From Pecten maximus (taxonomy: Eukaryota), in the NCBI RefSeq assembly GCF_902652985.1, contig NC_047015.1, forward strand, positions 44,640,001 to 44,704,000: a stretch of 64,000 bases of DNA, written 5' to 3'. Every line of letters begins with the position of its first letter. Positions within the stretch are counted from its first letter, which is position 1. Positions 15,334-27,653 of the stretch are shown here, piece by piece. The position numbers and the translations under genes are program-made. The notes beneath the pieces were generated by a model. That model saw only the letters and a list, made by a program, of their open reading frames with translations, had not been told where the DNA came from and made no database searches.

Positions 15334-15905
15334 CCTCAATGTTACCGGTACAGAACCGGGCTATCTAAGATGTCTATCACATAGCAGTACTTATAATTGC
15401 TTTCAAGTCGTTTCAAGACAAAGCAGTCCCTACAGAGGGCCACGGGATCGGTAAATTAATTAGTCGATAAAGAAATGTGTTTGCCGATATAATTATATGT
15501 TACTAATCATTTTAATACAGTTGTTCCTAAGGCAATGGCTTCATCTTTTTCTATTAGTAGCGGTGTGTATAAAACAAACTATCAACCTCAGTGGAATATA
15601 CACGGTACAAAATCGCCTTCGGTATATTTAGTTGAGTCCCGCTGCTCGCTGCAGATGTCTGATGGAATCGTGTGTATAAATTGATAAACGTTTGTGGTTT
15701 TCTTCTGTGTACAGATCACCAACGGACCTTGAGCAACACAACAAATCAATGAACCGTGGACAGACGAGGATATAATCTTCCTCCAGTACTTTTTGAACAT
15801 ATCAATATTTTATTGTGCATCTTACGTTTTAATACAAACGTATTAAGTATGGGGATATCGATTTCCTTGGTAACAGATGATAATCACAGGTGTGAATTAC
15901 GTTTG

Positions 15906-16732
15906 CAGTGGCGTAGGAAGCGGGGGGGGGGGGGGGGGGGGGCAATTGCCCCCCCACTTTTTTCAGTGGGGGGGGCAAACATATCTTTTTGCCCCCCCAC
16001 TTTTTGACATCCAAAATCTAAAAAAGGGGAAAAACACGAATTTATATATTCATTTCGATAAATATCTGTATATTTTCGAACCGATAATGTTTTCTTGGTC
16101 TTGCGCTCGCTTTATCACTAAATTACTGCCCCCCCCCCCCCCCCCCCCCCCCTTTCGATTGCAGATCCACATAGCTTCGCTACCCTGGGACCCGCTGGGC
16201 GGCCCCCAGACCTCTCGCAAAAAGGGGAAAAAAATCGGCTCGCATGATCACTTTATTACTGGACCCCCTTTCAAAAACTCCTGGATCCGCGCCTGATCCC
16301 CAATTATTTGAAATGTGCTATATTCATTTTCCGCGGAGGGCTTGGACCCCCTTGAACACCCTATCAGGGCGCTGCCCTGGACCCGCTGGGCGGCCCCTCA
16401 GACCCCTCGTAAAAAGAAAAAAAAAAGCAAAAAAAATCGGCTCGCGCCTACGGCGCTCGCATTATTAATAAATTACTGGACCCCCCGCCCTTTCGAAAAT
16501 CCTGGCCGGGCCTGGTGATTCATGTTTTGCCATAAATAATACATTGTATATCCTGATTTGCGTAAATAACTTATTTTGTACTACATAAATTATCAAAATT
16601 ATCATGGGATGTTGAAATGATAATTATTGCCTAATTTTGCGGAGATGGCATACGATTTGTTTAGTGCGTAAAATTTAAGGTTAAAAAAACTTTTGCCCCC
16701 CCCCCACTTTTTGACGACTTCCTACGCCACTG
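15906..16732. mobile_element. Non-autonomous hAT-like MITE with 5-bp TSD
   Basis: TIR CAGTGGCGTAGGAAG / CTTCCTACGCCACTG; GTTTG on both flanks (15901-15905, 16733-16737); poly-G/C subterminal tracts. Confidence 0.85.
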
Positions 16733-16802
16733 GTTTGTAACACCTGGATCTGTACAACATCAGACTTAGCGCTCACCACAAGGCCACTGTACCAATAGAC
16801 CG

Positions 16803-17168
16803 GTACATTTATACACAGTATCATAGTACGTAGCCTGTACGGTTTACACACAGTATCATAGTACGTAGCCTGTACGGTTTACACACAGTATCATAGTACG
16901 TAGCCTGTACGGTTTATACACAGTATCATAGTACGTAACCTGTACGGTTTACACACAGTATCATAGTACGTAACCTGTACGGTTTACACACAGTATCATA
17001 GTACGTAACCTGTACGGTTTACACACAGTATCATAGTACGTAACCTGTACGGTTTACACACAGTATCATAGTATGTAACCTGTACGGTTTACACACAGTA
17101 TCATAGTACGTAACCTGTACGGTTTACACACAGTATCATAGTACGTAACCTGTACGGTTTACACACAC
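16803..17168. repeat. 35-bp tandem repeat (ACACAGTATCATAGTACGTAACCTGTACGGTTTAC), ~10 copies
   Basis: Period 35. Confidence 0.95.
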
Positions 17169-18788
17169 GGGTTTGGAATGTGTGCAGAGTACCTGTGATT
17201 TCATCCGTACGTGTTTTTGCAGAAACTTAAATTTTCACATGCCAAAATCTTTCATACACACCCATTTTAAAAAATAAAGGTATACAGATGCTGAATATAT
17301 TCCTCCTTCGACAAAAGAAGAACATGATACATCTAACATGAGAAGCTACCGCTGAGGAAGGCAAGCCGGCTCAAGTCGAAACTTTAAAGATACTACATGT
17401 TGTAGATAACCCGAAACATGCGCATCTCTCTATTTTTAGTTCCCGGCTCGGGTCGAGAAGGATTTAGTATTTATCAATTTTTCATCGTATATATTAAATA
17501 AAACATTTTACCCAGGTTTACCAGTTCTATTTCAGGCATATGTAGTTTGTATATACGGGTGTATTGCATGCAGTGATGAAGAGTTATCGATATACGTACC
17601 AGTTCTCCGGGGTGTGTTATCCGGTCCGCAGTTACACTACACATCACACCCAATCATCATGTTACTAAGTAGGTGCTTCCTCAAGCAGCAGGAAAGGGAA
17701 GTAACTCGAAATCTTTTGAGAATGGAACGTTTGCTTCACAGCTTGAAAGACAAACATGTCCACAATATCACTGAATCACTGGTTGACATCCAGTTAAGTC
17801 GTGGCTGACTTCTATTGATGTATGGTAATACGGACTTTCTTTAGCTCAATACTATCATTCTAAACCTAAGAAATAAAATATCAGTCCCACAGTTTAATTA
17901 GTGAGTAATGAGAAATAATTTTAAATAAAAAATTTAAAAAAATTTTTTTACTGGCAACTTATATATAATTTTCTTTCCAAACTTGAATAGATAAAAAAGA
18001 TCATTGACCAAGCTTGAAATTATTTTTATTTTTCTTGTTAGGGAGAGAAGTGTTCGGACAGGGAAGTTATTTTCCTATAGCAAATTATCCCCCTCTTAGT
18101 TTTTTTGCTAAATGTGTGTCGCGCGAGAAATTTGTTGTCCGCTCACGCATTTTTCTCCCAATGGAAATTATAAAAAGCTGGCAAGTATGAGTTCTTTATA
18201 TATAAATTGTCATTTTATTCATGGAACAATGCTAATTCATTGTTAAGCAATTTAAATCTTCTATAATGAATTACATTTTTATTTATTTGTATATATATCT
18301 CATAAAATAGAATCTATCTGATTTGCTTTATATGATTTCTTAGATACCGGGCATATAAACAACATGATAAAATACAAAGTTTATTTATATCGTATAATTA
18401 AATGCTAGATCAACGTTACCTGCAGTCATTTACATATAATGATATGACTGGTCGGGGAGGCGAAATTGTATAGGGAATCTAAACAAGCTAAACATGGATA
18501 TATGTTTATCATTTAGTTCAATGGAAAAAAAATGGGGAAAAAAGAAAGAAAAAGAAAGACAAGAGAGATAGAAAGAAAGAAAAGAAAGTACGGAAAACAA
18601 GAAGGTCACATAATTTCTGAAAATTCGGAGAAGAGAAAGATTTGTCTCCCTTCATTCAAATTTTACTTATGAAGTTAGTTGATTTGTACGTGTAATCGTG
18701 TTCATTAATTAACCGAAACTTTTGGTAGTTAGTTTGGGTATCATTAAAATATATATTTGTAGACATCTAGTTCCCTGCGTCCGCCCCG

Positions 18789-18821
<33 letters not shown>

Positions 18822-20248
18822 AAAAAAAGCAATAATAAATAAATCAATAAATAAAGGAAATACCCGCATTATATATGGTTGCTGGTTTCGAAAATTACCA
18901 CAAAACGTGTATGTATATCAAACAAAACGTGTATGTATATCAAACAAAACGCAGGATAATAAAACAAAACATAATTCATCATATTCATCATAGAACACAT
19001 TTAATTGTTGGATATTTCCATATGTCATTTAATTCGGCATAAAGTATATGATGTAAACTTGTATATACATATATATTAACAGATTATAACTTAGCGTGTC
19101 TGATAAATGCAATTTATTGCGGTTTTATATCGCTTAGTACAACTGGATACCAGAACAAAACAATCTTTTGATTTTAAGATATTTGAAGCCTATCTAGCTC
19201 ACCAAGCCCCACAGTTTGGGACGTTTACAAAGTTTAGTAATTTTTTTATTTTTATTTTTTTTGCAGACAAAGATTATTTTACATCCACGTTATAAGATGG
19301 GCTGCAGTTGGTCTAATGATTATCTTAATACACACAATTTACAGAGGTATTTTTGTCTGATGTGTTAGTACAATTCTAGCTTTGTTAAATCTTTCTTCGC
19401 TGTAACATTATTCAAAGATATATACAATAGCATTGTTAGTCTATTATGGTCGCAATTGAAGGTACAATTTTTTATCCCAATTAAAAAAAAAAAATACCGC
19501 CAGTTTCGGTCATATTGAATTTGGAACTTAGTAAATACACGTTTCTGCATCAATCTGGTGTTTTTGGGGTTTTTTCCCCCGAGAAATTCTGTACCTTCAG
19601 GCTATGATGATAATTGTATATATATATAGTATTTTGATTTCAGATTTTATATCCTTTAATGTGAGTGAGGAAAGCTACAATATCAGACATGCGCCGACGA
19701 GATAAGGTGTTAAAGATAGAACTAAATTGTCTACATTGTCCAAACGATAGACCACAAAACAAAACAGACATTTTTATTCTTAGACTTTCTAACTTCTTGT
19801 AATACGAGAAACAATGTGAATTTGTGCCATATATGGTAGGCATATTTCAAGAGCACGAATTAAAAAAACAACAACATATGCCTCCAAGAATGTTGATAAC
19901 GGTTATTATGAGAACTAGAAACACGCGGAAATTTAAAGCAGCAATCAAAAGTTATTATGATTTGTAATTTTAAACTATAAATAGATATTGAGCCATGTAA
20001 TTTGCTAAAACTACATAATACGGAAATGAGATCAGATCTTACGTCATGGTCATTCTGTGAAAGACTGTCCACAAAACAGGGCCATGACCAGTAGTTTTTG
20101 ATCATATAAATGTATATATTTCATTCTTATCTTTTATTTATTATATTTTGACGTCGTCGTGCCGTGTACCCAAGGACTGGTCTCATTTGGCTAGTTTATA
20201 TCGACGAGGTAGAACTCTAAAGTAAACAAGACAAGCGGCTTTTGCAAA

Positions 20249-21286
20249 ATGGACTAAATCGGTGAAAGAGCAGTGATCTAATATTTGTATCAAAAAGTTT
20301 TAACACCTCAGGATACCATAATGATATGGTAGCAACACTAGGGAAAGATGTCCCTTCATATGCTACAGTGAAAAGGTGAGTGGCGGAAATTAAGTGCGGT
20401 CGACAGAGCATTGAGGATGACCCCCGTCCTGGAAGGCCTGTCAATGTTGCAACCCCAGAAATGGTCAATAAAAGTTCATGATATTGCTATGACTGACAGA
20501 CGAGTCACAGAAAGATATATAGCCAGTAGAGTTGGCATTTCACAGGAAAGAGTACATTTCATTCTGACCGAGGATCTTGCAATGAGAAAGCTTTCGGCCC
20601 GATGGATACCAAGACTTCTGACAGCTGATCAGAAGCTTACTAGGCGCATATTATTGCGTGCTAATCTTAACCTTTTTGAGGAAGATCCTGCCAACTTTCT
20701 TAAGAGATTTGTCACTATGGATGAAACATGGGTCCAGCAATTTACCCCAGAGGCTAAACAACAATCGAAACAATGGAAGCACCCTGGCTCTCCCACGCCA
20801 AAGAGGGCAAAGACTGTTCCATCAGCTGGGATGGTTATGGCCTCGGTTTTTATATTATCTCCAAAAAAAGGAACAAACAGTCAATGACACATACTATGCT
20901 TCACTTCTGAGGCAGTTACGCGAAATATTAAACTTAAGCCCCGCGGAAAGCTCACTCAAGGTGTGTTATTCCATCAATACAATGCTCCTGTTCACAAGTC
21001 CGTCATTGCCATGGCTGCCATTCACGATTGTGGCTTTAAATTGATTGAGCATCCACTTTATTCATCTGATCTCATCATATCAGACTTTGATCTATTTCCA
21101 AAAAGGAAAACAGCTATTTCAGGCACCCACTTTGAGTCCGATGATGACATTATACATGCAGTGGATGACTTTCTGAACAGCTAAGAAGAGGAGTTTTATA
21201 AAAGTGGCACTGAGGCCCTTAAACACCGCTGGGGAAAATTCAAATCCTTCAATATTTGGCTCATAACATATCAATCAGCCCTTGTA
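20249..21286 (+). pseudogene. Degenerate mariner (DD34D) transposase with right TIR remnant
   Basis: Motifs EDDPRPGRP, WIPRLL, VTMDETW, QSKQW and HPLYSSDLIISDFDLF (YSPDLAPSD-like) split over frames with stops; mariner-like right TIR GGCTCATAACATATCAATCAGCCCTTG followed by TA at ~21258-21286; left TIR not seen. Confidence 0.92.
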
Positions 21287-21822
21287 TAACATTCTTTGTA
21301 ACTGTTTTTTTTTTACCGAATTTCCAGATAGAAAGGACAGGCTGCCTAGAATCCCCAATGTTTATGCTGGGCTGTTAAACAACGTCCACATATTTCCTTA
21401 TATCGTTTACCCAGTATAGTATTTGAGCTCAGAATCTCGGGGAGAAAATCAGGGTTACCTCCCTTCGTTTCATTTTGTAGGTATACCGATGTAGATTTCG
21501 TCAATCGCATATGGCGAAATTTTTACTTATAAGGGCACGTGACCTAGGTTTAGATGGTGGGAATCTAAGTACATTGTATCTCTCACACCGTAAACGATAT
21601 CGATACATACATATCGAAACTGCGAGTCATGTTATTGTATCGGCTGGATGTAATGGAGAATACTTCATAGGGAAACTTATCCGACCACATTTGTTAAATC
21701 ACGCACAAAAACACTCACACTTGCACTCTGTAGTGAATGTGTTATAATACCGAACTAAAACTTGATCTAAATCCTCCTATCTATTTCTCATCTGAATCTT
21801 TTAAAACTAGCATACACGCTAT

Positions 21823-22036
21823 TACCAACCTACGTCAATATCCGGCTGTGCTTTGGGTTGAAAGGCGGTCATTTTTTACCTCAGGCATATCGTTTGTCTG
21901 GGTTCCTTGAAGTTTGATTTTTTACACTGATGGCCGATTAAGATCATTAACATAGCAAACTAACCGGCGAGACGGTAAAAAAACAAATGGCCGCCTTTCC
22001 ACCCAAAACATAACCGAATGATGACGTAGGTTGGTA
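21823..22036. mobile_element. ~214-bp MITE with ~55-bp imperfect TIRs
   Basis: TACCAACCTACGTCA...GGGTTGAAAGGCGGTCATTT versus AAATGGCCGCCTTTCCACCC...TGACGTAGGTTGGTA. Confidence 0.75.
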
Positions 22037-22124
22037 CCTATGGAACTATTTAAATGCACAAGAATCTTTTCACATGTACAACTTTATTGAGTATTGATAT
22101 CCAACTTGATTGGTACACTTCTCA

Positions 22125-22298
22125 GTCGGGCCGGTCTGTGCTGTCGTGGTTGTGTCCTTGGGCGATACACTTTACCCTAATTTCATGCGACGGACCTCCC
22201 GTATGTTCTTTAGTGAGGAAGTCACCAACTACTTCACTGAGACACCGCCTCAAAATGACACTGGTTGTTCATGGGGCGATAAACCCAGCAAACAAACC
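22125..22298 (+). mobile_element. SINE fragment (CORE-like segment plus 3' tail)
   Basis: GTTGTGTCCTTGGGCGATACACTTTACC CORE-like motif; tail AAATGACACTGGTTGTT...AAACAAAC similar to those at 45578 and 60130. Confidence 0.5.
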
Positions 22299-22716
22299 CT
22301 TCCATGTTATCTCCCTTTCGTACGCACACAGAGTGATCGGAGCGCAGCCCTGGCGGAGGTTAGAGAACTACGGGAGGGAACCAGTCTAATATCAACCCTA
22401 CGTTGTCTAACAGTGCTCACAGGAAAATCTGGGTTCCTTTTTGAATAATTGGATTCACACAACTTCACGCGCACTCAACCAAAATGTATGTCCTTTTATA
22501 TTTCTATCTCGCTTTTTACGGTCCGGCATTCGTTAAATATGTTGAATCATATGTTAATTTGCATATAGTCTTATTATCAATTATCTTTCAATCCAGGCAG
22601 CCTCATGTGTTTGATATCTCACTGTTTGCATATTTGTTGGTTTCAGTCGGTCACCGGAGAAACACTCTTTGTAGAGAGTTACAACTTTACACCTCTCAAC
22701 GCGTCGGCGTCATACC

Positions 22717-23979
22717 CTATCGGATCACTGTCCGCAGACGTTTGGATTCACGATCATTACATGTATCTAATCTTTCACAGCTTGCATAACGACTTCTATT
22801 CTCAGCAGACGCTCCGATATCTGGCGAAGAAATGAATTCTGTCGATCTGGCCAGCACTCTGTCTTTCGGAAGGTTCCCAAGATGATGTCCATTACTGTGA
22901 GGACTACCGTTGCTGGCGGAGGGACGATCACAAGGGGAGTCACCCTTTACTGGTGAGTTGATAATCGCAGTGTTGTTAGGTGGTCTAAATTGCTGATTTT
23001 TCACTGCCTCTCTACCGTTAGAGTTGCCGGTTTTTCTTGGCACGTTGCTGTTGAGGTCACGACCCCGAACTGGATATCCAGTATTGCCTATGCTACGGAT
23101 ATTAAGTGGAATGCTTCCACTGCGAACACCAAGACCGCTGGTCGGATGTCCATGCACCAAATGCTCACCATAGCTAATGCTGCGGTCATGTCCATTTTGA
23201 CTATCTTTTGTTTTTTTACCCTCACGGTAATATCGCTCTCTAAATGCTGATTGGTCATGGTGATCGTTGTGAATGATCTCATTGTCGTTTGAATAGGAAC
23301 CGTTCTTTGTCGACATGATGTCAGGTGAGCCATAATGAATTGGATCATCGATTTCTTCCACTTTCACTCTTTTCTGTGTGGTACGCTTCCGTGAACAACA
23401 TGGTAGATGGACACATAGTATGCCCAGCCGGTATGTCAGTAATAGTACAACAATGACATTCTTCAATACGAAAAACACCAGACTGTATGTCAGTAATTGG
23501 AAGTAAAAGATAATAAAGAGTCGGAGAGCCAAGAACGGCCCGTCTTGTAAGAACAATCCGGCTATAGTGACGAAAATGTCTGGGAACGAGTCCCCACACC
23601 CAGCACAAACACAGCAACTATCCTTGCTTTTCTCATCTTTGGTATGTTTTCTAAACGTGTTGACAGCTCGTCTGTTCATCACAACTGGTATAAACTGAAT
23701 AAAGCTAACGGACCAAATTGTCAAGATGGCGTACGTTATCATTGCATTACCGCGGATCAAATCCTCGTCGAATAGCGCAAACAATTCCATGATATCTGAC
23801 GCCATTGCCAGGTAATCAATGAGGAGATCCGAAAGTTCCTCCCGGGTTACTCTCCCCCTGGGCAAGAGCCATCGACCAATCACAATTAAGTATACCAATG
23901 ACTCCTCCACTATCACGACCCACGTGTCGGCACTGAAGCTGCCTAGGAGATTCTCAATGTTGGCTATGATTCCGGCAGG
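22717..23979 (-). CDS. TMEM26: TMEM26-family membrane protein, last coding exon
   Basis: Acceptor ttctcttag at 23980 in frame with the ORF; TMEM26 motifs IGRWLLPRG, TREELSDLL, ASDIMELF, WSVSFIQF, LQDGPFLALRL, FFVLKN; long hydrophilic C-tail; spliced CDS 1902 nt / 633 aa. Confidence 0.92.
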   Translation of the reverse strand, partial: PAGIIANIENLLGSFSADTWVVIVEESLVYLIVIGRWLLPRGRVTREELSDLLIDYLAMASDIMELFALFDEDLIRGNAMITYAILTIWSVSFIQFIPVVMNRRAVNTFRKHTKDEKSKDSCCVCAGCGDSFPDIFVTIAGLFLQDGPFLALRLFIIFYFQLLTYSLVFFVLKNVIVVLLLTYRLGILCVHLPCCSRKRTTQKRVKVEEIDDPIHYGSPDIMSTKNGSYSNDNEIIHNDHHDQSAFRERYYREGKKTKDSQNGHDRSISYGEHLVHGHPTSGLGVRSGSIPLNIRSIGNTGYPVRGRDLNSNVPRKTGNSNGREAVKNQQFRPPNNTAIINSPVKGDSPCDRPSASNGSPHSNGHHLGNLPKDRVLARSTEFISSPDIGASAENRSRYASCERLDTCNDRESKRLRTVIR

Positions 23980-25386
23980 CTAAGAGAATAAAAAGAAAAG
24001 CATTAATAACTAAATCTATTCACTCTGCTTATTTGAATTAGAATTGTTTTTAATCATATGTTAACCCAATTACGCAAAAAAATTCTCATCACATAATATT
24101 TGGGTGTGGTAGCTAAGTCCCAAAGTTCAAACCGAGTGTCTGTATGAAAGAACCCAGTTAAAGCTGAAGATGATTATTGTGGTTTTTCTTTGAAACTAAG
24201 GAGTTTTAAAAAGCCGACATGTAGTTACACAGAAGAGGTCTGATTTATCCTCCGAAATGGCTAAAATCCGTGACACGGGACTTGATAAAACGCAGACAAA
24301 CCGATATAATTCTGATCGTCATTTATTAAGTAGTGTTTATCTAATGACATGGTGTGTCTATAACGAAAATACTGTTTTGTATAAAGAAGTTTTTGAAAGA
24401 TTGGTGAATTGCTAGCACATAAAAAATGACCGAATCGAGCACGCACTCAATTCGGTTTTGATACTGTCTATATATCAGTACATTCAATTGTAGTCATATA
24501 ATTAATGTTCACGTTAAAAATGTGTTTTCTATTTTTACCTCGAATTTGAAATATAAGATTTTGCTTGATTAACCCCTTTCAATGGGAGCACGATAACCTC
24601 TTGTCATAAAACAAAAATTGACATTTTTTAACCAATGATATAAAGAAACCCCGAAATCAATGGGTTTAAACCAAAATGGTGCTAAAGACATTTATTATTT
24701 ATAAAATTCACCAATACTTTTTCCCACATTTTTTTTTATTTCGGTGAAATATTCAAGATTGTCCCAAGATTATTTTTAAAATTCAGCATTGTCATAGCAA
24801 GAATCAATTTCTTGTGCAATATGGTGCTCTCTGATCCAAAAAAAAGCGATATAACACTTTAACAATACACTTGGTAAGTGTTTAATGAATATTATTGTAA
24901 ATGTGATATCTATAAGTTTTCCTATTCAGACGCCGATTTATTATCCCATGACCCGTACTTCTGGTCCCCAAGTAGTTGACCTACATGTACATCTACAGAC
25001 TACATTACAAAGACGAGTGTTTAAAGCTTGCACTCTGAAGCTGTTGTTTGTTTGGAATACGTACGCCCCTGGTTTATTACTCCTATAATAAACCTCATAC
25101 AAAATCAGGTATGCATTTAATTTATTCATCTGCGGTCATTGGGAAGGGATTAAGAAATTAGGAACTCTTGAGGAGATTCCACAAGGGGAAGGGGGCATGT
25201 TACAAACGTAAGTGTATGACTACACCCATTTGCCCTGTGTGTTTAGCTAAAGCGTGATTGTACCCTGTCTTAATGACACTTACTAAAAAACTAGAAACAC
25301 TCGCATCATGATAATGATAAAACGTCTTCCTGGAAATGTAAATAACTCCATTGCCATCTGGTTTTTATTAAACAGGAATCATACAC

Positions 25387-25811
25387 AGTAGTACAAAAGT
25401 GAGGGTTCTGGCGCAGTACCTCCCCTATATAATCCTTACCACCTCCCTGGCACCTCCCTAGTGGCACCCCCCTTGACAGGGGGGTACCGATGACGTCACA
25501 AATGGAGGGTTATCCAGTGCATAAAAATGACCCTCAGGGGGGTACCGATGATGTAACGGAGGGTCACGCCCCCTCTCCCCGTCAGGGGGGTACCGACCGT
25601 CATGGACATTGATGACGTGTTGGATTTTCCAATCTATTTCGACCGATTGCATCACAGTATGAAACAGACAACCATGTTGACGTGCAGCAACAGCAGCAGC
25701 AACTGACAAAGGGGGGTGCCAGGGAGGTGGTAATGATTATATAGGGGGAGGGGTGGCCCAGAAACCCCACTTTCCCTACTACGGTACCCCCCAGTGGCAC
25801 CCCCTTTGTCA

Positions 25812-25852
<41 letters not shown>

Positions 25853-26179
25853 TGCTGCTGTTGCTGCTGCTGCTGTTGCTGCACGTCAACATGGTTGTCT
25901 ATTTCATACTGTGATGCAATCGGTCGAAATAGATTGGAAAATCCAACACGTCATCAATGTCCATGACGGTCGGTACCCCCCTGACGGGGAGAGGGGGCGT
26001 GACCCTCCGTTACATCATCGGTACCCCCCTGAGGGTCATTTTTATGCACTGGATAACCCTCCATTTGTGACGTCATCGGTACCCCCCTGTCAAGGGGGGT
26101 GCCACTAGGGAGGTGCCAGGGAGGTGGTAAGGATTATATAGGGGAGGTACTGCGCCAGAACCCTCACTTTTGTACTACT
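25387..26179. mobile_element. 793-bp non-autonomous Polinton/Maverick-like foldback element in a TMEM26 intron
   Basis: Termini AGTAGTAC...GTACTACT, 6-bp TSD ATACAC (25381-25386, 26180-26185), near-identical TIRs 25387-25721 and 25795-26179. Confidence 0.75.
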
Positions 26180-26302
26180 ATACACAATACAAAAAACAAA
26201 TTCGCTTTCTACGATAAAAAATTAATTGGTGTTACAAAGAAACATATAACTTATAATATATAAGCATACATGAATGAACTAAAATCAAAAGTAAAAGATT
26301 AC

Positions 26303-26732
26303 CGTGGTCGTTGTCATAGGAACAGTAGATGTGATGATATCACTGGTGTTGACGGGAAACGGAGTGGTTGTCATGGAAACATTCAACATTGCTAAGGCAT
26401 TAGTAGTGGAAGTAGACATACTGACATTTAGAATATCCGAGATGTTGGAAGCTGCAGTTGCCATGGTAACATTTACAATGTCCGAAATGTTGAGGGTGGT
26501 GGTTGCCATGACGGCCGTCACATTACTGCTCCGTGTACTAGAAATAGTAGTGGTCAACATTCTGGTTGCAATACTGGCCGTTGGCTGAACAGTGGTAGGG
26601 GTCAAGGTGACATTGACAGCACTGGCGGTCACAACAGCTTGACTTTCCATGTACTTGTTCATCTGGGAGATCTCCAGCAACCATATGGAAGGCAATGTTA
26701 TGATGAGATAGATAGCGAAACATGGACACAAC
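26303..26732 (-). CDS. TMEM26: TMEM26-family, middle coding exon (TM plus Ser/Thr-rich loop)
   Basis: Acceptor ttgcag at 26733, donor GTAATC at 26302; phase 2 then phase 0 joins restore KW-LCPCFAIYLIITLPSIWLLE, matching the TMEM26 P.lWlLE motif. Confidence 0.9.
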
Positions 26733-26918
26733 CTGCAACAGACCAGTCTCGATTATATATATATATCATACTTACCAAATACCTTTCATTTCTATACTGG
26801 AATTAGTTTGCATTGAATCTTAAAATCGTATTAACCAATACGCGATATATTGTTAGGCCTGTTGATGGTGGCAAAAGAACACGAATGGCTACAAAATATA
26901 CTCCAATCTTGGTCTTAC

Positions 26919-27127
26919 CACTTCCACTCGATGCCCTTGTTGACTCGAATGGTGACGTATCCCTCAAGACAAACCAGCAAAACTCCCAGAGACATTAACC
27001 AATATTGAAGGTCATCCCAGGCCAAGGTCACTCGCCACGTTGCCAATACAGTGTGGAACACAAGAAGAAGTCGGACGAAAATTGCCATAGCAACCGTCGA
27101 CAGATGGGTCTTGGCCTTGTCCTCCAT
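26919..27127 (-). CDS. TMEM26: TMEM26-family, first coding exon
   Basis: ATG at 27127; AIFVRLLLVFH..WRV, YW, EG..T..KG.EWKW motifs; donor GTAAG at 26918. Confidence 0.9.
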
Positions 27128-27653
27128 TTTCAGTTAGATTTTATCAACAAGACAGCTCTGTGAATGAGTCAAATATCAGGTTGTATCAATATATATCGTT
27201 TAGTTTATATAAAGTGACACATTCTAGCAAACTACTACACATTACAGCTTGTTATTGATATCCAATGGAGTGATGATTCTAAGAATGCTTCCTGTTGAGA
27301 AGAAAAAGAATTATGCTGGCGTGAAAAGGTACGTTCTCCGGTATTTTTGTCTGCGGATGAGATTGCTTATGCATTACAAAATGTAATGAAGTCCAAGTAT
27401 GTTAATGTCATGGTTTATATCACACACACAAAGTCGAGTTCATCATCAAGTCACATTTGTATCAGGATGTGAAATGAGATATGACTTGGTAATCTAAGAC
27501 ATAAAATGTATACAAACATTATTGGTTATCTTTATAAAAAAAAAAAGCTACATTAAAAATGTTCTGTTTATATTAAAATGTATAAATATACACATTTATA
27601 TGCACGGACAGAATGCTGTGTCACTGATTATGTCTTTAATCTAATCGGGATAC

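Noticed and set aside
25458-26108. PolyQ/polyA ORFs and two mirrored ORFs
   Set aside because: Produced by the TIRs and CAG tract of the foldback element
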